A stretch of 64,000 nucleotides of DNA from an uncultured Chloroflexia bacterium (GCA_963833225.1 CAWHXD010000017.1:328955-392954), one strand, 5' to 3'; shown: positions 36,331-46,152, counted from the stretch's first letter. Notes: generated from the sequence alone by a model not told the origin. Numbers and translations: made by a program.

Positions 36331-37595
36331 GCGTCGAACGCCCGACGGGCGGCCGCCACGGTCGCCGCGATCTCCACGGAACCGTGGGCCGCGCCGATGA
36401 ACCAGGCCTCGAACTGCGACGGCGGGAGCAGGATCCCCTGGTCGAGCATCGCCCCGAAGAATCGGGCGTAGGCGTCGCGATCGGCGGCACCTGCCTCGGC
36501 CCAGTCGCGCGGGACCGCGGGCAGGAAGAACACCGTCAGCAGCGAGCCCACCCGCGCGATCGCCACTTCGCGACCGGCGGCCGCGGCGGCATCGCGCAGC
36601 CCCGCCTCGAGGTCCGCGCCGGCCTGCTCGAGCTCGTCGTACACGCCGGGTGTGAGCAGGTCGAGGGTGGCCGCGCCCGCGGCCATCGCCAGCGGATGCC
36701 CGGACAGGGTGCCAGCCTGGTACACGCCGCCCTCGGGGGCCACGTGCCGCATCAGGTCGGCGCGACCGCCGTATGCGCCAACCGGCATCCCGCCGCCGAT
36801 GATCTTGCCCAGCGTGGTGAGGTCCGGCGTCACGCCGTACCGCTCCTGCGCTCCACCCTTGGCGAGCCGGAACCCCGTGATCACCTCGTCGAAGATCAGG
36901 AGCGCGCCGCTGGCGACCGTGAGGTCGCGAAGGGTCTGGAGGAACCCGGCTGCCGGGGCGACGACGCCGATGTTGGCGGCAACGGGCTCCACGATCACGG
37001 CCGCCACCGCGCCTGGATGACGCTCGAAGACGCTCGAGATCGCCTCGGGATCGTTGTACGGGACGACGACCGTGTCGCGCGCCGCGGCGGCGGTCACGCC
37101 GGCCGAACCTGGCATCGCCAGCGTCGCGAGCCCGGAACCGGCCTCGACCAGGAGGCTGTCGCCGTGCCCGTGGTAGCCGCCCGCGAACTTCACGATCAGG
37201 TTGCGTCCGGTGGCGCCGCGTGCGAGCCGGATCGCGCTCATCACGGCCTCCGTGCCCGACGACGTGAAGCGCATCCGCTCCATCGAGGGCATCGCGGCGC
37301 GGATCCGCGTCCCAAGCTCCACCTCGAGCGGGCTGGTCGCTCCGAGGGCGAACCCGTTGAGGGCCGCCTCCCGGACGGCCTCGATCACCTCGGGTCGCCC
37401 GTGACCCAGGATGGCCGGCCCCCAGGAGCTGATGTAGTCGAGATACCAGGTGCCATCCGCATCACGCACACGCGGTCCTTGGCCGGCGTCGAGGATGAGC
37501 GGAGGCCGCCCGACGGAGCGGAACGCCCGAACGGGGCTGTTGACGCCACCCGGGAACAGCGACTCGGCGGTCTCCCGGAGCTGGGCCTGGGTCAT
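36327..37595 (-). CDS. hemL: Glutamate-1-semialdehyde 2,1-aminomutase
   Basis: PGGVNSPVRAF, SGTEAVM, FDEVITGFR, LGKIIGGG, YQAGTLSG, PPSQFE. Confidence 0.97.
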   Translation of the reverse strand: MTQAQLRETAESLFPGGVNSPVRAFRSVGRPPLILDAGQGPRVRDADGTWYLDYISSWGPAILGHGRPEVIEAVREAALNGFALGATSPLEVELGTRIRAAMPSMERMRFTSSGTEAVMSAIRLARGATGRNLIVKFAGGYHGHGDSLLVEAGSGLATLAMPGSAGVTAAAARDTVVVPYNDPEAISSVFERHPGAVAAVIVEPVAANIGVVAPAAGFLQTLRDLTVASGALLIFDEVITGFRLAKGGAQERYGVTPDLTTLGKIIGGGMPVGAYGGRADLMRHVAPEGGVYQAGTLSGHPLAMAAGAATLDLLTPGVYDELEQAGADLEAGLRDAAAAAGREVAIARVGSLLTVFFLPAVPRDWAEAGAADRDAYARFFGAMLDQGILLPPSQFEAWFIGAAHGSVEIAATVAAARRAFDA

Positions 37596-38638
37596 CAGCG
37601 GGCCTCCCGGGTCCAGGTCGCGAGGTCCGCGGCCGCGTAGGTGATCACGAACCCGGCGCCGGCCCGCAGGATGGACGTTGTGGCCTCGGTGAGGGCGCGG
37701 CGGCGATCCAGCCAGCCGCGCTCCGCGGCCGCCTCGATGGACGCATACTCGCCGCTCACCTGGTAGGCGCCAATCGGCACGTCGTACCGGGCCCGCGCGG
37801 CGGCCAGGATGTCGAGCGAGGGCAGCGCGGGCTTGACCAGAAGCATGTCCGCACCCTCGGCGATGTCCGCGTCCATCTCACGCATGGACTCGCGGGCGTT
37901 GGCCGGGTCCATCTGGTAACCGCGGCGGTCGCCGAACGAGGGGGCGGAGCCGGCCGCGTCGCGGAACGGCCCGTAGAACGCCGATGCGGTCTTGGCGGCG
38001 TAGGCAAGGATCGCCGTGTCCACGTGGCCGGCGGCATCGAGGCCGTCGCGGATCGCGGCGACCTGCCCATCCATCATTGCCGAGGGGGCGACGACGTCCG
38101 CACCACTCTCGGCCTGCGAGGCCGCCGTTCGCGCGAGCAGCTCGATGGTGGCGTCGTTGTCGACCCGGCCGCCGCGAGTGAGCGGGCCGCAGTGGCCGTG
38201 GTCCGTGTACTCACACAGGCAGGTGTCGGCGATGAGCACAAGGTCCAGGTCCGCGTCCCGGAACCGCCGCAGCGTCTCCTGGACGATCCCGTCGGCGACC
38301 CAGCCGCCAGTCCCGGTCGCGTCCTTGGTGGCCGGCAGACCGAACAGGATGATCCCGCCGATCCCAAGCGCCTCGAGCGCCCGGGCGTCCCGCAGGGCCT
38401 CGTCCGGCGTCACGCGCATCACACCGGGCATCGAGCCGACGGGCTCGCGCCCTTCGCGACCGGGCTGGACGAAGATCGGGGCGACGAGCTGGCGCGGGTG
38501 GATCCGCGTCTCGCGGACGAACGCCCGCAGCGGCTCGGTGCGGCGTGTCCGGCGCAGGCGATGCGCGGGGTCGGGCGCGAGCGTGCCGGCGCCGTTCGGG
38601 GCGGCAGGAACCATGGGACGGTCGAGGTCGAGGGTCAT
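37595..38638 (-). CDS. hemB: Porphobilinogen synthase (Zn-type)
   Basis: CLCEYTDHGHC, APSAMMDG, FYGPFRDA, VKPA, YQVSGEY. Confidence 0.97.
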   Translation of the reverse strand: MTLDLDRPMVPAAPNGAGTLAPDPAHRLRRTRRTEPLRAFVRETRIHPRQLVAPIFVQPGREGREPVGSMPGVMRVTPDEALRDARALEALGIGGIILFGLPATKDATGTGGWVADGIVQETLRRFRDADLDLVLIADTCLCEYTDHGHCGPLTRGGRVDNDATIELLARTAASQAESGADVVAPSAMMDGQVAAIRDGLDAAGHVDTAILAYAAKTASAFYGPFRDAAGSAPSFGDRRGYQMDPANARESMREMDADIAEGADMLLVKPALPSLDILAAARARYDVPIGAYQVSGEYASIEAAAERGWLDRRRALTEATTSILRAGAGFVITYAAADLATWTREAR

Positions 38639-40353
38639 CGGGCTCCTCCGAAGGCGGGGGTGGGGTCGAGGTCGGGATCGGTGGTCGGGGGAACAGGCGG
38701 CGCGCCGACCGCCCGCGCGGTGAACACGGCGAGGGATGCGGCATCCGGAGCGGGCGCCACGTGCACGGACCTGAAGCCGGCGGCGGCCGCAACCTGGGCC
38801 GTCCGTGCCCCGGCGGCGATCAGCGGCGTGGCCAGCATCGCCGACCGGGACCGATCCTCGGCCAGCTCCAGGAGGCCGCGGGCGGTCGAGCCGCTGGTGG
38901 CAACGATCACGTCGGGCGCTCCGTCATCGAGCGCCGCGGCAAGGATGGCACGGGACGACGATGGTGCCTCCACCGTCCGGTAGGCGATGGCCTCGGCCAC
39001 CTCGGCCCCGCGACCCCGCAGGACCGCGACCAGCGCCGGATCGGCGATGTCGCCGTGCGGGACGAGGATGCGGTCGCCCGGGGTGATCGGCAGCTCCACC
39101 GCGAGCGCCGCGGAATCGGCCACGCTTGGGGTGAAGATCCCTGCGAGACCCACGCCCCGCAGCACGACCGCCGTGGCATCGCCAACCGCGGCCCACCGGC
39201 AGGTGCCCGGATCGAGACGCAGGCGATCCATCGCCGCGATGGTGGCCGAGGCCGCGTTGGCGCTCGTGACGACGACGAGGTCACCCGGTCGGCTGGCGGC
39301 GACGACCTCGTCGAGGGGCCCGCCCGGGGGGGCGAGCACGATCTCGATCGCGGGAACGTGGACCGCGTCGACGCCAGCGGCGGCCAGCGCGGCGAGCAGA
39401 GGCCCTGCCTGGCCGGCCGGCCGGGCGACCAGGGCACGAGGCCGGGCCCGCAAGGTCACGATGCGCCCCGCCAGCCGCAGCGCGAGGTCGCGGCGCTCGG
39501 CCGTGGGCGCGGTGCCCCGGACCCAGGCGACCCTGGCACACGCGATCGTCGCGCCGGGCTCCGATACCCAGGCCCGCTCGGCAGCGGCGCCGAGCTCGAG
39601 CGTGTCGCCCCGGACGTGGCCGGTCGCGCCGATCGGCGACCGGCAGCCGCCGCCCGTGCCGTTGAGCAGCGCCCGCTCGGCCTCGATCGCGAACCGCGTC
39701 GCCGGATGGTCGAGCAGGCCGACCGCCTCGATCGCCTCGCCGTCGTCGGCACGAACCTGGAGCGCCAGCGACCCCTGCCCGGGTGCCCACGCCACGACGC
39801 TGGGCGGCAGGATGTCGTCGATGCGATCGGCTCGGCCGAGGCGGGTCAGCCCGGCGACGGCGAGGACGAGCGCGTCCGAATCGCCCCGATCGAGCTTGGC
39901 GAGCCGCGTGTCCACGTTGCCGTGGAGCGGGTGGAGCTCCAGGTCGGGGCGGATCGCTCGGAGGAATGCGACCCGGCGCGGGCTGTCGGTGCCGACCCTG
40001 GCGCCGGTGGGCAGCGTCGCCAGGGTCGTCCCCCGCTCGCGACAGACGAGGGCATCGCGCGGGTCCTCGCGTGGCGGGTAGGCGGCAATCCGGAGCAGCG
40101 GATGCTCATCGGTCGGGACGTCCTTGGCCGAGTGGACGGCGAGGTCCACCGTCCCGTCGAGCAGCGCGCCGATGATCCGGCCCACGAAGGCGCCCTCACC
40201 CCAGGCGGTGTCGACCGGACGCTCGTCGCCCTCGGTGCGGATGACCGCGATCTCGGTCCCGATGCCGTGCTCGGCGAGGCGGGCGGCCGTCCAGCTGGCC
40301 TGGACGAGCGCGAGGGCGCTGCCACGGGTTCCGATGCGGAGGGTGCGGGTCAT
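38635..40353 (-). CDS. hemC: Fused hydroxymethylbilane synthase / uroporphyrinogen-III synthase (HemC-HemD)
   Basis: GTRGSALALVQ, HSAKDVP, REDPRD, GGGCRSPIG, then HemD motifs VTSANA, AVGDATA, AYRT, TSGSTAR in one frame. Confidence 0.9.
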   Translation of the reverse strand: MTRTLRIGTRGSALALVQASWTAARLAEHGIGTEIAVIRTEGDERPVDTAWGEGAFVGRIIGALLDGTVDLAVHSAKDVPTDEHPLLRIAAYPPREDPRDALVCRERGTTLATLPTGARVGTDSPRRVAFLRAIRPDLELHPLHGNVDTRLAKLDRGDSDALVLAVAGLTRLGRADRIDDILPPSVVAWAPGQGSLALQVRADDGEAIEAVGLLDHPATRFAIEAERALLNGTGGGCRSPIGATGHVRGDTLELGAAAERAWVSEPGATIACARVAWVRGTAPTAERRDLALRLAGRIVTLRARPRALVARPAGQAGPLLAALAAAGVDAVHVPAIEIVLAPPGGPLDEVVAASRPGDLVVVTSANAASATIAAMDRLRLDPGTCRWAAVGDATAVVLRGVGLAGIFTPSVADSAALAVELPITPGDRILVPHGDIADPALVAVLRGRGAEVAEAIAYRTVEAPSSSRAILAAALDDGAPDVIVATSGSTARGLLELAEDRSRSAMLATPLIAAGARTAQVAAAAGFRSVHVAPAPDAASLAVFTARAVGAPPVPPTTDPDLDPTPAFGGAR

Positions 40354-40367
40354 CAGGTGGCTACCCG

Positions 40368-41585
40368 CTACAGCGCGAACAGCGTGCGGGCGGCACGCTC
40401 GGCATCGCCCGAGCCGTCCTCGCGCAACACGACCAGCGGCTGGTGCAGCAGCCCCGCGACCAGGCGATGGCTCATCTGCTCGACCAGCTCGCGCTCGTTG
40501 TCGTCGAGCGCCAGGCGGCGGAACAGGCGATCCAACTCCTCGCTCCGGCGGCTCTCGGCGTGATCGGAGAGGGCCTGGATCGTCGGCACGCTGCCCCGCG
40601 ATCGCGCCCAGGCGCCCATGCTGAGCTCCGCCTGGTCGAGCGCCCGCTCGAAGCGGGTCCGGAGGCGCCTGGGCAGCAGATCCTGCGGGCTGCGGGCGAT
40701 GTCGTCGACCGATGTGTGGCGGGTACCGAGCGCGGCACGGGTCTCGGGGTCCAGGGCCGGCGGTGAGCTCAGGTCCACCACCGGCTGGCGGCCAGCGAGG
40801 AGCGCCTCTCGGGCGTCACTGGAGAGCGGCCACTCGGCGGCGATGGCCAGCAGGACCGCGTCGACGTCCGGGAGCGGCGCATCCGGCCCGAAGGCAGCGG
40901 GCTCGCCGCTCGCGTCATGGGCGAGCGCGGCAGCCCGGTCGCTGCTCCGATTGGCGACGAGCACCCGGGCCCCCTGGCGCGACGCCGCGAGCGCGCACAG
41001 CCGGGCCATTCGTCCAGCACCCACGACCAGCACCCGCTGGCCGAGGAGCGGGCCGATTGTCGGCACCACGCGGTCGAGCGCCAGGTCCGCAAGCGAGCGC
41101 GGCGGGCCCTCGCGCCACGACCTCGTCTCACGGCCCAGGTGCAGGGCGAGCTGGAACAGGCGCTCCAGCACGGGATGCAGCCCCAGGGCACTCGCCGCGT
41201 GGGTGCCGATCTCCACCGGGCACCGCTCGGCGCCAGGGACGCGACGATCCGAGAGGCACTCGCGAAGCTGGTGAAGGATCTGGTCCTCGCCGACCACGAC
41301 GCTGTCGAGGCCGGCGGCAACGGTGAACACATGCCGGGCGGCCGCGAGCCCCTCGAACCGTCGCCCACCCTCGGGGAGCTCCGGCACCACGAGTGCTCCT
41401 GGTCCTTCCGCGGCGTCGACGGCCGCGTACAGCTCAACGCGGTGACAGGTTCGCAGGAGGATCGTCCGCGGATCTCGCGCGAGCTCGGCCGCGGCGTCGC
41501 CAAACGCCTCCCGAGCTTCGCTGGGGACGGTGCGGGCGTGGGTCGTGAGCGCGATGAGGCCCAACTCGTTGCCGGGGACGGTCAC
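40368..41585 (-). CDS. hemA: Glutamyl-tRNA reductase (divergent)
   Basis: TCHRVELY, GLDSVVVGEDQILHQ, VGAGRMA, ANRS, LLHQP. Confidence 0.9.
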   Translation of the reverse strand: MTVPGNELGLIALTTHARTVPSEAREAFGDAAAELARDPRTILLRTCHRVELYAAVDAAEGPGALVVPELPEGGRRFEGLAAARHVFTVAAGLDSVVVGEDQILHQLRECLSDRRVPGAERCPVEIGTHAASALGLHPVLERLFQLALHLGRETRSWREGPPRSLADLALDRVVPTIGPLLGQRVLVVGAGRMARLCALAASRQGARVLVANRSSDRAAALAHDASGEPAAFGPDAPLPDVDAVLLAIAAEWPLSSDAREALLAGRQPVVDLSSPPALDPETRAALGTRHTSVDDIARSPQDLLPRRLRTRFERALDQAELSMGAWARSRGSVPTIQALSDHAESRRSEELDRLFRRLALDDNERELVEQMSHRLVAGLLHQPLVVLREDGSGDAERAARTLFAL

Positions 41586-41606
41586 GATGTGGCTCCAGTG
41601 GTTCGA

Positions 41607-42299
41607 TCAGGACGCGGTGGATCGAGCGGGACGGCGAGAGCGGCGGCGGTCGGCGAGCGAACCGGTCTCCCATCCACGAAGCGTCGCGAGCAGGAGGCCG
41701 TCGAGAGCCGCGTTGGCCTCGGCCATGAGCGTGGACGTGGCGGCCGCATCGAACTCGCGCCGGCGCGCCAGGGCGCCGAGCTCCGCGACGAACGGGCGAC
41801 GGAAGCGGAGGAACAGGTCAGCGGTCATCGGGGCGCCGAGGCCCTCTCGGCCGGCAACACGTCCGTACTCGGCGCAGGCGTCCTCGGCCTCGCGCAGGCG
41901 GCTGGCTCGAACGGCGGGATCCTGCGTGTCCAGGGCGCCGACAAGGGCGGTGACGACCCCCCGGCCGTAGCCCCGGAATCGCTCCCGTTGTCCCGGATCC
42001 AGCTCTGCGACCCAGGGGATGCGACCCGGGTCCTCGCTGGTCGCACGCCGGTAGCCTCGGGCCATCCGGCCCGGGGTCTCCCCGAGGTCACCGAGCGAGG
42101 GGCGATCCGCCGGCTCGGCGGGCAACAGGGCCAGGAGGCCGGCACGGGAGAAGCGGCGATGGCCGCCCGGCGTGACGAAGGTCCGCACGAGGCCGGCGTC
42201 GGCCCAGCGGCGAATGGTGGACGGCGAGACGCCCAGGAGCTCGCGTGCTCCAGTCAGCGACACCCACTCCGGATCCGTTGTGCTCGTCTTTTCGACCAT
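41607..42299 (-). CDS. BldC/excisionase-like MerR-family HTH regulator with uncharacterised helical C-terminal domain
   Basis: ARELLGVSPSTIRRWADAGLVRTFVTPGGHRRF; first gene of heme operon. Confidence 0.85.
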   Translation of the reverse strand: MVEKTSTTDPEWVSLTGARELLGVSPSTIRRWADAGLVRTFVTPGGHRRFSRAGLLALLPAEPADRPSLGDLGETPGRMARGYRRATSEDPGRIPWVAELDPGQRERFRGYGRGVVTALVGALDTQDPAVRASRLREAEDACAEYGRVAGREGLGAPMTADLFLRFRRPFVAELGALARRREFDAAATSTLMAEANAALDGLLLATLRGWETGSLADRRRSRRPARSTAS

Positions 42300-42310
42300 G
42301 CGGATCGACG

Positions 42311-42356
42311 AAATCTCCCAAATCTCCCAAATCTGTCCGAAGACTCTCTCATCCTA
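42311..42356 (-). promoter_or_regulatory. -10 element (TAGGAT) and three 9-bp direct repeats, candidate operator
   Basis: Plus strand AAATCTCCC AAATCTCCC AAATCTGTC at 42311-42337; ATCCTA at 42351-42356. Confidence 0.55.
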
Positions 42357-42630
42357 TCGGTCGATGGAGGAGGTGTAGGGAGGGCCGGGCGGCCCGCTGT
42401 CGGTCCCAATGGTCCCGGAATGGGCTCGTCAGCTATGCCCACGCGGCGGCCCGAATCGGGGTATTCCCGGCGCGATTCACCCAGGTTCGGGACGGCGGGG
42501 GCCTGGCGCCACCCGGCGCGCGGCTGCGGGACGCAATCCCTTTATCCCGCCAAGCAGGTGACCTTGGTCCCTGCCATCAACCTTGAGCCGATCTCCTGCG
42601 TGCATGTCCCCCGCGACCGTCACCTCGGTG

Positions 42631-43956
42631 CTACCCGCGCGTCACCGGCGCCCGGGTCACCGCCACCCGTTCGATCAGGTCGGCCGCCTTCGTCGTGCCA
42701 TCGGCCGCCTGCATCCGGGCGGAGATCGCGGCGAGCCGGCCACCGAGCGCGGCATCGCCAAGGAGCGCGTCGACCGCGCCCGTGAGCTCCCCATCCTCGA
42801 AATCGTAGGTCGCGAGGCGCCGGCCGAACCCGGTCTCGTCCATCCGCTGGGCGTTGTCGACCTGGTCCCAGAACAGGGGCAGCACGATCATCGGCTTGCC
42901 GTGGTGGAACGACTCGACCACCGTGTTGTTGCCGCCGTGCGTGATCACGAGGTCGACCATCGGCAGGATCGCCGGCTGGGGCAGGAAGCCCGCACCGGTC
43001 ATGTTGTCGTGGAGCGTGATCTGGTCGGCGAGCGGGCCCTTGGACACGATCACCCGGTGCTCCGTCCGGCCCAGCAGGTCGACCAGGCGCTGCATCAGGC
43101 CGACGTCGGCCGAGCCGAGCGAGCCGAGCGAGAGGTAGATCAGCGCCCCGGACCGGTTCGCGAGGGGCTCCGGCAGCTGCCAGGTCTCGTCCACCGCGCG
43201 CACCGTGGAATCGAGCTGGTGCCACGTCGGGCCGAGGGCGTCGGCGCGCTCGTAGTCAGCCTCAGCCGGGTAGGAGTAGAGGTTGAGGTACGGCGACTCG
43301 TGCATGAAGTCCGGGCCGCTCGGGCCCCATGCGAGGCCGCCGGCCCCGTGCTCGCGGCAGAAGGCGTCGAAATCGGCCCACAGATCGTGGTGCGTCCGGG
43401 CGACCTCATCCAGGAACGCACCCCAACCCGACCGGTCCGCCGCCGGGTAGCCCGACGAGAAGGGCGCGACCAGTGGGTCCTTGACCTCGGCGGGGTTGCA
43501 GGACAGGAGGCGGACCCACGGGTGCCGGGTGGCCATGATCGCCGGGAAGCTGACGACGTTGTCCTCGACGATCGTGTCCGGCTGCAGCTCCTCGATGATC
43601 TCCTCGAGGCGGGGCTGGACGTACCTCGCGCCGTCGATCAGGGCCCCGAAGGTGGGGGCGATGAACTCGCCCAGCTGCTCGATCGTGGGCTTGCGGAACA
43701 CCGGCGCCGTGTCCCGGATGAAGTCGATCCAGAACTGGCCCGGCACTTCAGGCTCTGCCGGCGGCGGGCCGAGGCGCATCAGCCGCTCCTCGAATCCCTT
43801 GGCCTCGAGGCTGCCCGCGAACGACTCCTCGACGATGAACACGACCCGGTGCCCGCGGGCCTTCAGGACGTTGCCGATGCCGGCGCAGTTGTTGGTGGGG
43901 CCGTAGGCACCCTCGGGGAAGAACACGATCGTCCGGCCGTCGCCCACCGTTCGCAC
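42631..43956 (-). CDS. GT1/MGT-family (UDP-)glycosyltransferase
   Basis: IYLSLGSLGS, FLPQPAIL..ITHGGNNTVVES..PLFWDQVDNA (PSPG-like box). Confidence 0.92.
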   Translation of the reverse strand: MRTVGDGRTIVFFPEGAYGPTNNCAGIGNVLKARGHRVVFIVEESFAGSLEAKGFEERLMRLGPPPAEPEVPGQFWIDFIRDTAPVFRKPTIEQLGEFIAPTFGALIDGARYVQPRLEEIIEELQPDTIVEDNVVSFPAIMATRHPWVRLLSCNPAEVKDPLVAPFSSGYPAADRSGWGAFLDEVARTHHDLWADFDAFCREHGAGGLAWGPSGPDFMHESPYLNLYSYPAEADYERADALGPTWHQLDSTVRAVDETWQLPEPLANRSGALIYLSLGSLGSADVGLMQRLVDLLGRTEHRVIVSKGPLADQITLHDNMTGAGFLPQPAILPMVDLVITHGGNNTVVESFHHGKPMIVLPLFWDQVDNAQRMDETGFGRRLATYDFEDGELTGAVDALLGDAALGGRLAAISARMQAADGTTKAADLIERVAVTRAPVTRG

Positions 43957-44058
43957 CTCGTTCGCACCTTGTCGAGTCGCAGGTTCCCAGGCCGCGATGA
44001 TCTCACGGCCAGACAGGCCGGGCCGGGTGGGCCGGGTGGGCCGTGCCCGCGGCGCAGA

Positions 44059-44835
44059 TCAGAACGGCTGCTCCGCCACATCCGGCTCCCGGCGCACGCC
44101 GGGCGCCCAGGGGATGACCAGCCGGCGCAGCACGCCGACGATCCCGTACAGCGCCAGCGACAGCGCCGAGGTGACCACCACGGCCGCGAACACGAGGTCG
44201 GTCCGGAACGCATTCTGGCTCAGCTGCATCCAGATCCCGAGGCCCTCGCGGGCTCCCACGTACTCCCCGAACACCGCCCCGATGACCGCGTACACCACGC
44301 TGATCCGGAGACCGGTGAAGAACGCGGGCAGGGCGGCCGGCCAGCGGAGCTTGCGGAACACCTCGCCGTCACTTGCCCCGAAGCTGCGCATCAGGTCCTC
44401 GGCGTCGCTCGGCGCGCTGCGGAACCCGTCGAGCAGGGCTACGACGATGGGGAAGAACGTCACCAGCACCACGATGAGTACCTTGGGCGCCAGGCCGAAC
44501 CCGAACCACAGCAGGAACAGCGGCGCCAGGGCGACCACGGGGATCGTCTGCGAGGTCACCAGCAGCGGCTCGACGGCCCGCCGCACCCGCGCCGCCCGGT
44601 CCATCGCGGCTGCCGCGCTGACCGCAAGCACGACCGCGAGGGAATACCCCAGCAGTGTTTCCATCAGGGTCGGGATGGTGTGCCGGAGCGCATCGTCGCG
44701 GAAGGTCCAGAGCGCCTCTGCGATCCGCAGCGGCCCGGGCAGCACGACCGGCTCGATCCCGGCCAGCCGCACGTACGCCTCCCACGCGACGAGGATCCCC
44801 ACGATCAGGGCCAGCGGAGGGAGGCGTTCGCGCAT
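44059..44835 (-). CDS. NitT/TauT-family ABC permease (ThiX-like)
   Basis: SQTIPVVALAPL, FFPI, EAA-like loop SFGAS..KLRWPAALP, GLG. Confidence 0.9.
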   Translation of the reverse strand: MRERLPPLALIVGILVAWEAYVRLAGIEPVVLPGPLRIAEALWTFRDDALRHTIPTLMETLLGYSLAVVLAVSAAAAMDRAARVRRAVEPLLVTSQTIPVVALAPLFLLWFGFGLAPKVLIVVLVTFFPIVVALLDGFRSAPSDAEDLMRSFGASDGEVFRKLRWPAALPAFFTGLRISVVYAVIGAVFGEYVGAREGLGIWMQLSQNAFRTDLVFAAVVVTSALSLALYGIVGVLRRLVIPWAPGVRREPDVAEQPF

Positions 44836-44852
44836 CGCGGTCGTCCCGACGC

Positions 44853-45986
44853 CTACGGCAGGAAGTCGTTCGTGAACAGGGACGCGTAGTCGGGCGCCGC
44901 CGAGAGCGGCTGGCCGTCGACACCGGTGAGGAGCCCCTGGTCGTAGAGGAACGACGAGTAGCCGGTCCACTCCTCCAGGGTCTGGGTGCCGACATGGCCA
45001 GCGGCGTCCACCAGCAGCCCCTTCTCGCTCATGAACCGGGCGGATGCGAGTGGCAGCTCGGTGTTGGCGTCGAACACGCCGGGGTTTGCCTGGACCAGGA
45101 TCGTCGCCGCCTCATCGGGGTTGGACGCCGCGAGCGCGAAGCCCCTGACCGTGGCCCCGACGAACGCGCGCGCCACCTCCGGGTTGGCCGCCAGCCAGTC
45201 GGTGTTGCAGGCGAGCACCACCTGGTAGAAGTCCGGGAACCCGTAGTCGGTGAAGGCGAAGGTGCGGAGCGGGATCCCCCGCTGCTCCGCCTCGACGCCC
45301 TCCCACGCGCTGAACGTGATCACGAAGTCGGCGCGGCCCTGGTAGAGCGCCTCGTACGCGGCCGTGTCGAGGGTGACCACATCGAAGTTGCCCTTGCCGC
45401 CGTCGGCCCGGATGACGGCCTCGAGCGTGGGCACCTCGTTGGGGTAGCCGAAGCCGGCGTATGTCCGGCCGTCGAGCTGCCGCGGCCGGGTGATCGGCGA
45501 CGCCTCGAGAACCGCGATCTCCTGCGCGGTGTGCTGGAGGATCGCCATCACGCTCCGGATGGGAACGCCCGCCGCGACCGCGAACGTCAGCGAGTCCTGG
45601 AAGCTGATCCCGCAGTCCGCCTGCCCCGCCCCGAGCACGGCTTCGGGCGCGGTGCCGCCATAGGGCAGCACGTCGAGCGTCACCCCGGCGTCCTCGTACC
45701 AGCCCATCGACTGCGCGACGTAGAACCCGGTGTGGTTTGTGTTGGGCGTCCAGTCGAGCGCCAGGCGGACCACGGCTGGCTCGGGGGCGGCCGACGGAGA
45801 TGTCTCCACGGACGGCGAGGCTGAGGGGGTGGCCGATGCCGGGATGGTGGATGGCGACGACGGGGCGGCCGATGCGACGGCGGAGGCCGACGGCGAGGCT
45901 CCGCCGCCGGCACACGCACCAAGGACGAGAACGGGCAGCAGCAGCGCCGCGGCGGCGGCGCGAGCTCCGTGGCGGGAAGGGTTCAT
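44853..45986 (-). CDS. NMT1/THI5-family substrate-binding lipoprotein (ThiY-like)
   Basis: Lipobox LGA-C, LDWTPNTNHTGFYVA, GISFQ, FTNDFLP; downstream of TPP riboswitch. Confidence 0.92.
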   Translation of the reverse strand: MNPSRHGARAAAAALLLPVLVLGACAGGGASPSASAVASAAPSSPSTIPASATPSASPSVETSPSAAPEPAVVRLALDWTPNTNHTGFYVAQSMGWYEDAGVTLDVLPYGGTAPEAVLGAGQADCGISFQDSLTFAVAAGVPIRSVMAILQHTAQEIAVLEASPITRPRQLDGRTYAGFGYPNEVPTLEAVIRADGGKGNFDVVTLDTAAYEALYQGRADFVITFSAWEGVEAEQRGIPLRTFAFTDYGFPDFYQVVLACNTDWLAANPEVARAFVGATVRGFALAASNPDEAATILVQANPGVFDANTELPLASARFMSEKGLLVDAAGHVGTQTLEEWTGYSSFLYDQGLLTGVDGQPLSAAPDYASLFTNDFLP

Positions 45987-46061
45987 GGTCGCGCGGTTCC
46001 TCGGATAGAGACAGGATCGCCGCCCCCGGGTGCCGGGGACGGCGTGGAACCGAGCGGGCCT

Positions 46062-46152
46062 GCTTCCTACACCGGTACGAGCCGGATCAGGTTCCGCGGG
46101 TCTGTGGCCTGGTTGCCACACTCTCAGCGCGTTCGTGCGCTCCCCGGAGGCG
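46062..46152 (-). ncRNA. TPP riboswitch
   Basis: Minus strand GGGGAGC..GCTGAGAG..ACCCGCGGAACCTGATCCGGCTCGTACCGGTGTAGGAAG matches THI-box consensus; upstream of thiY. Confidence 0.95.
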
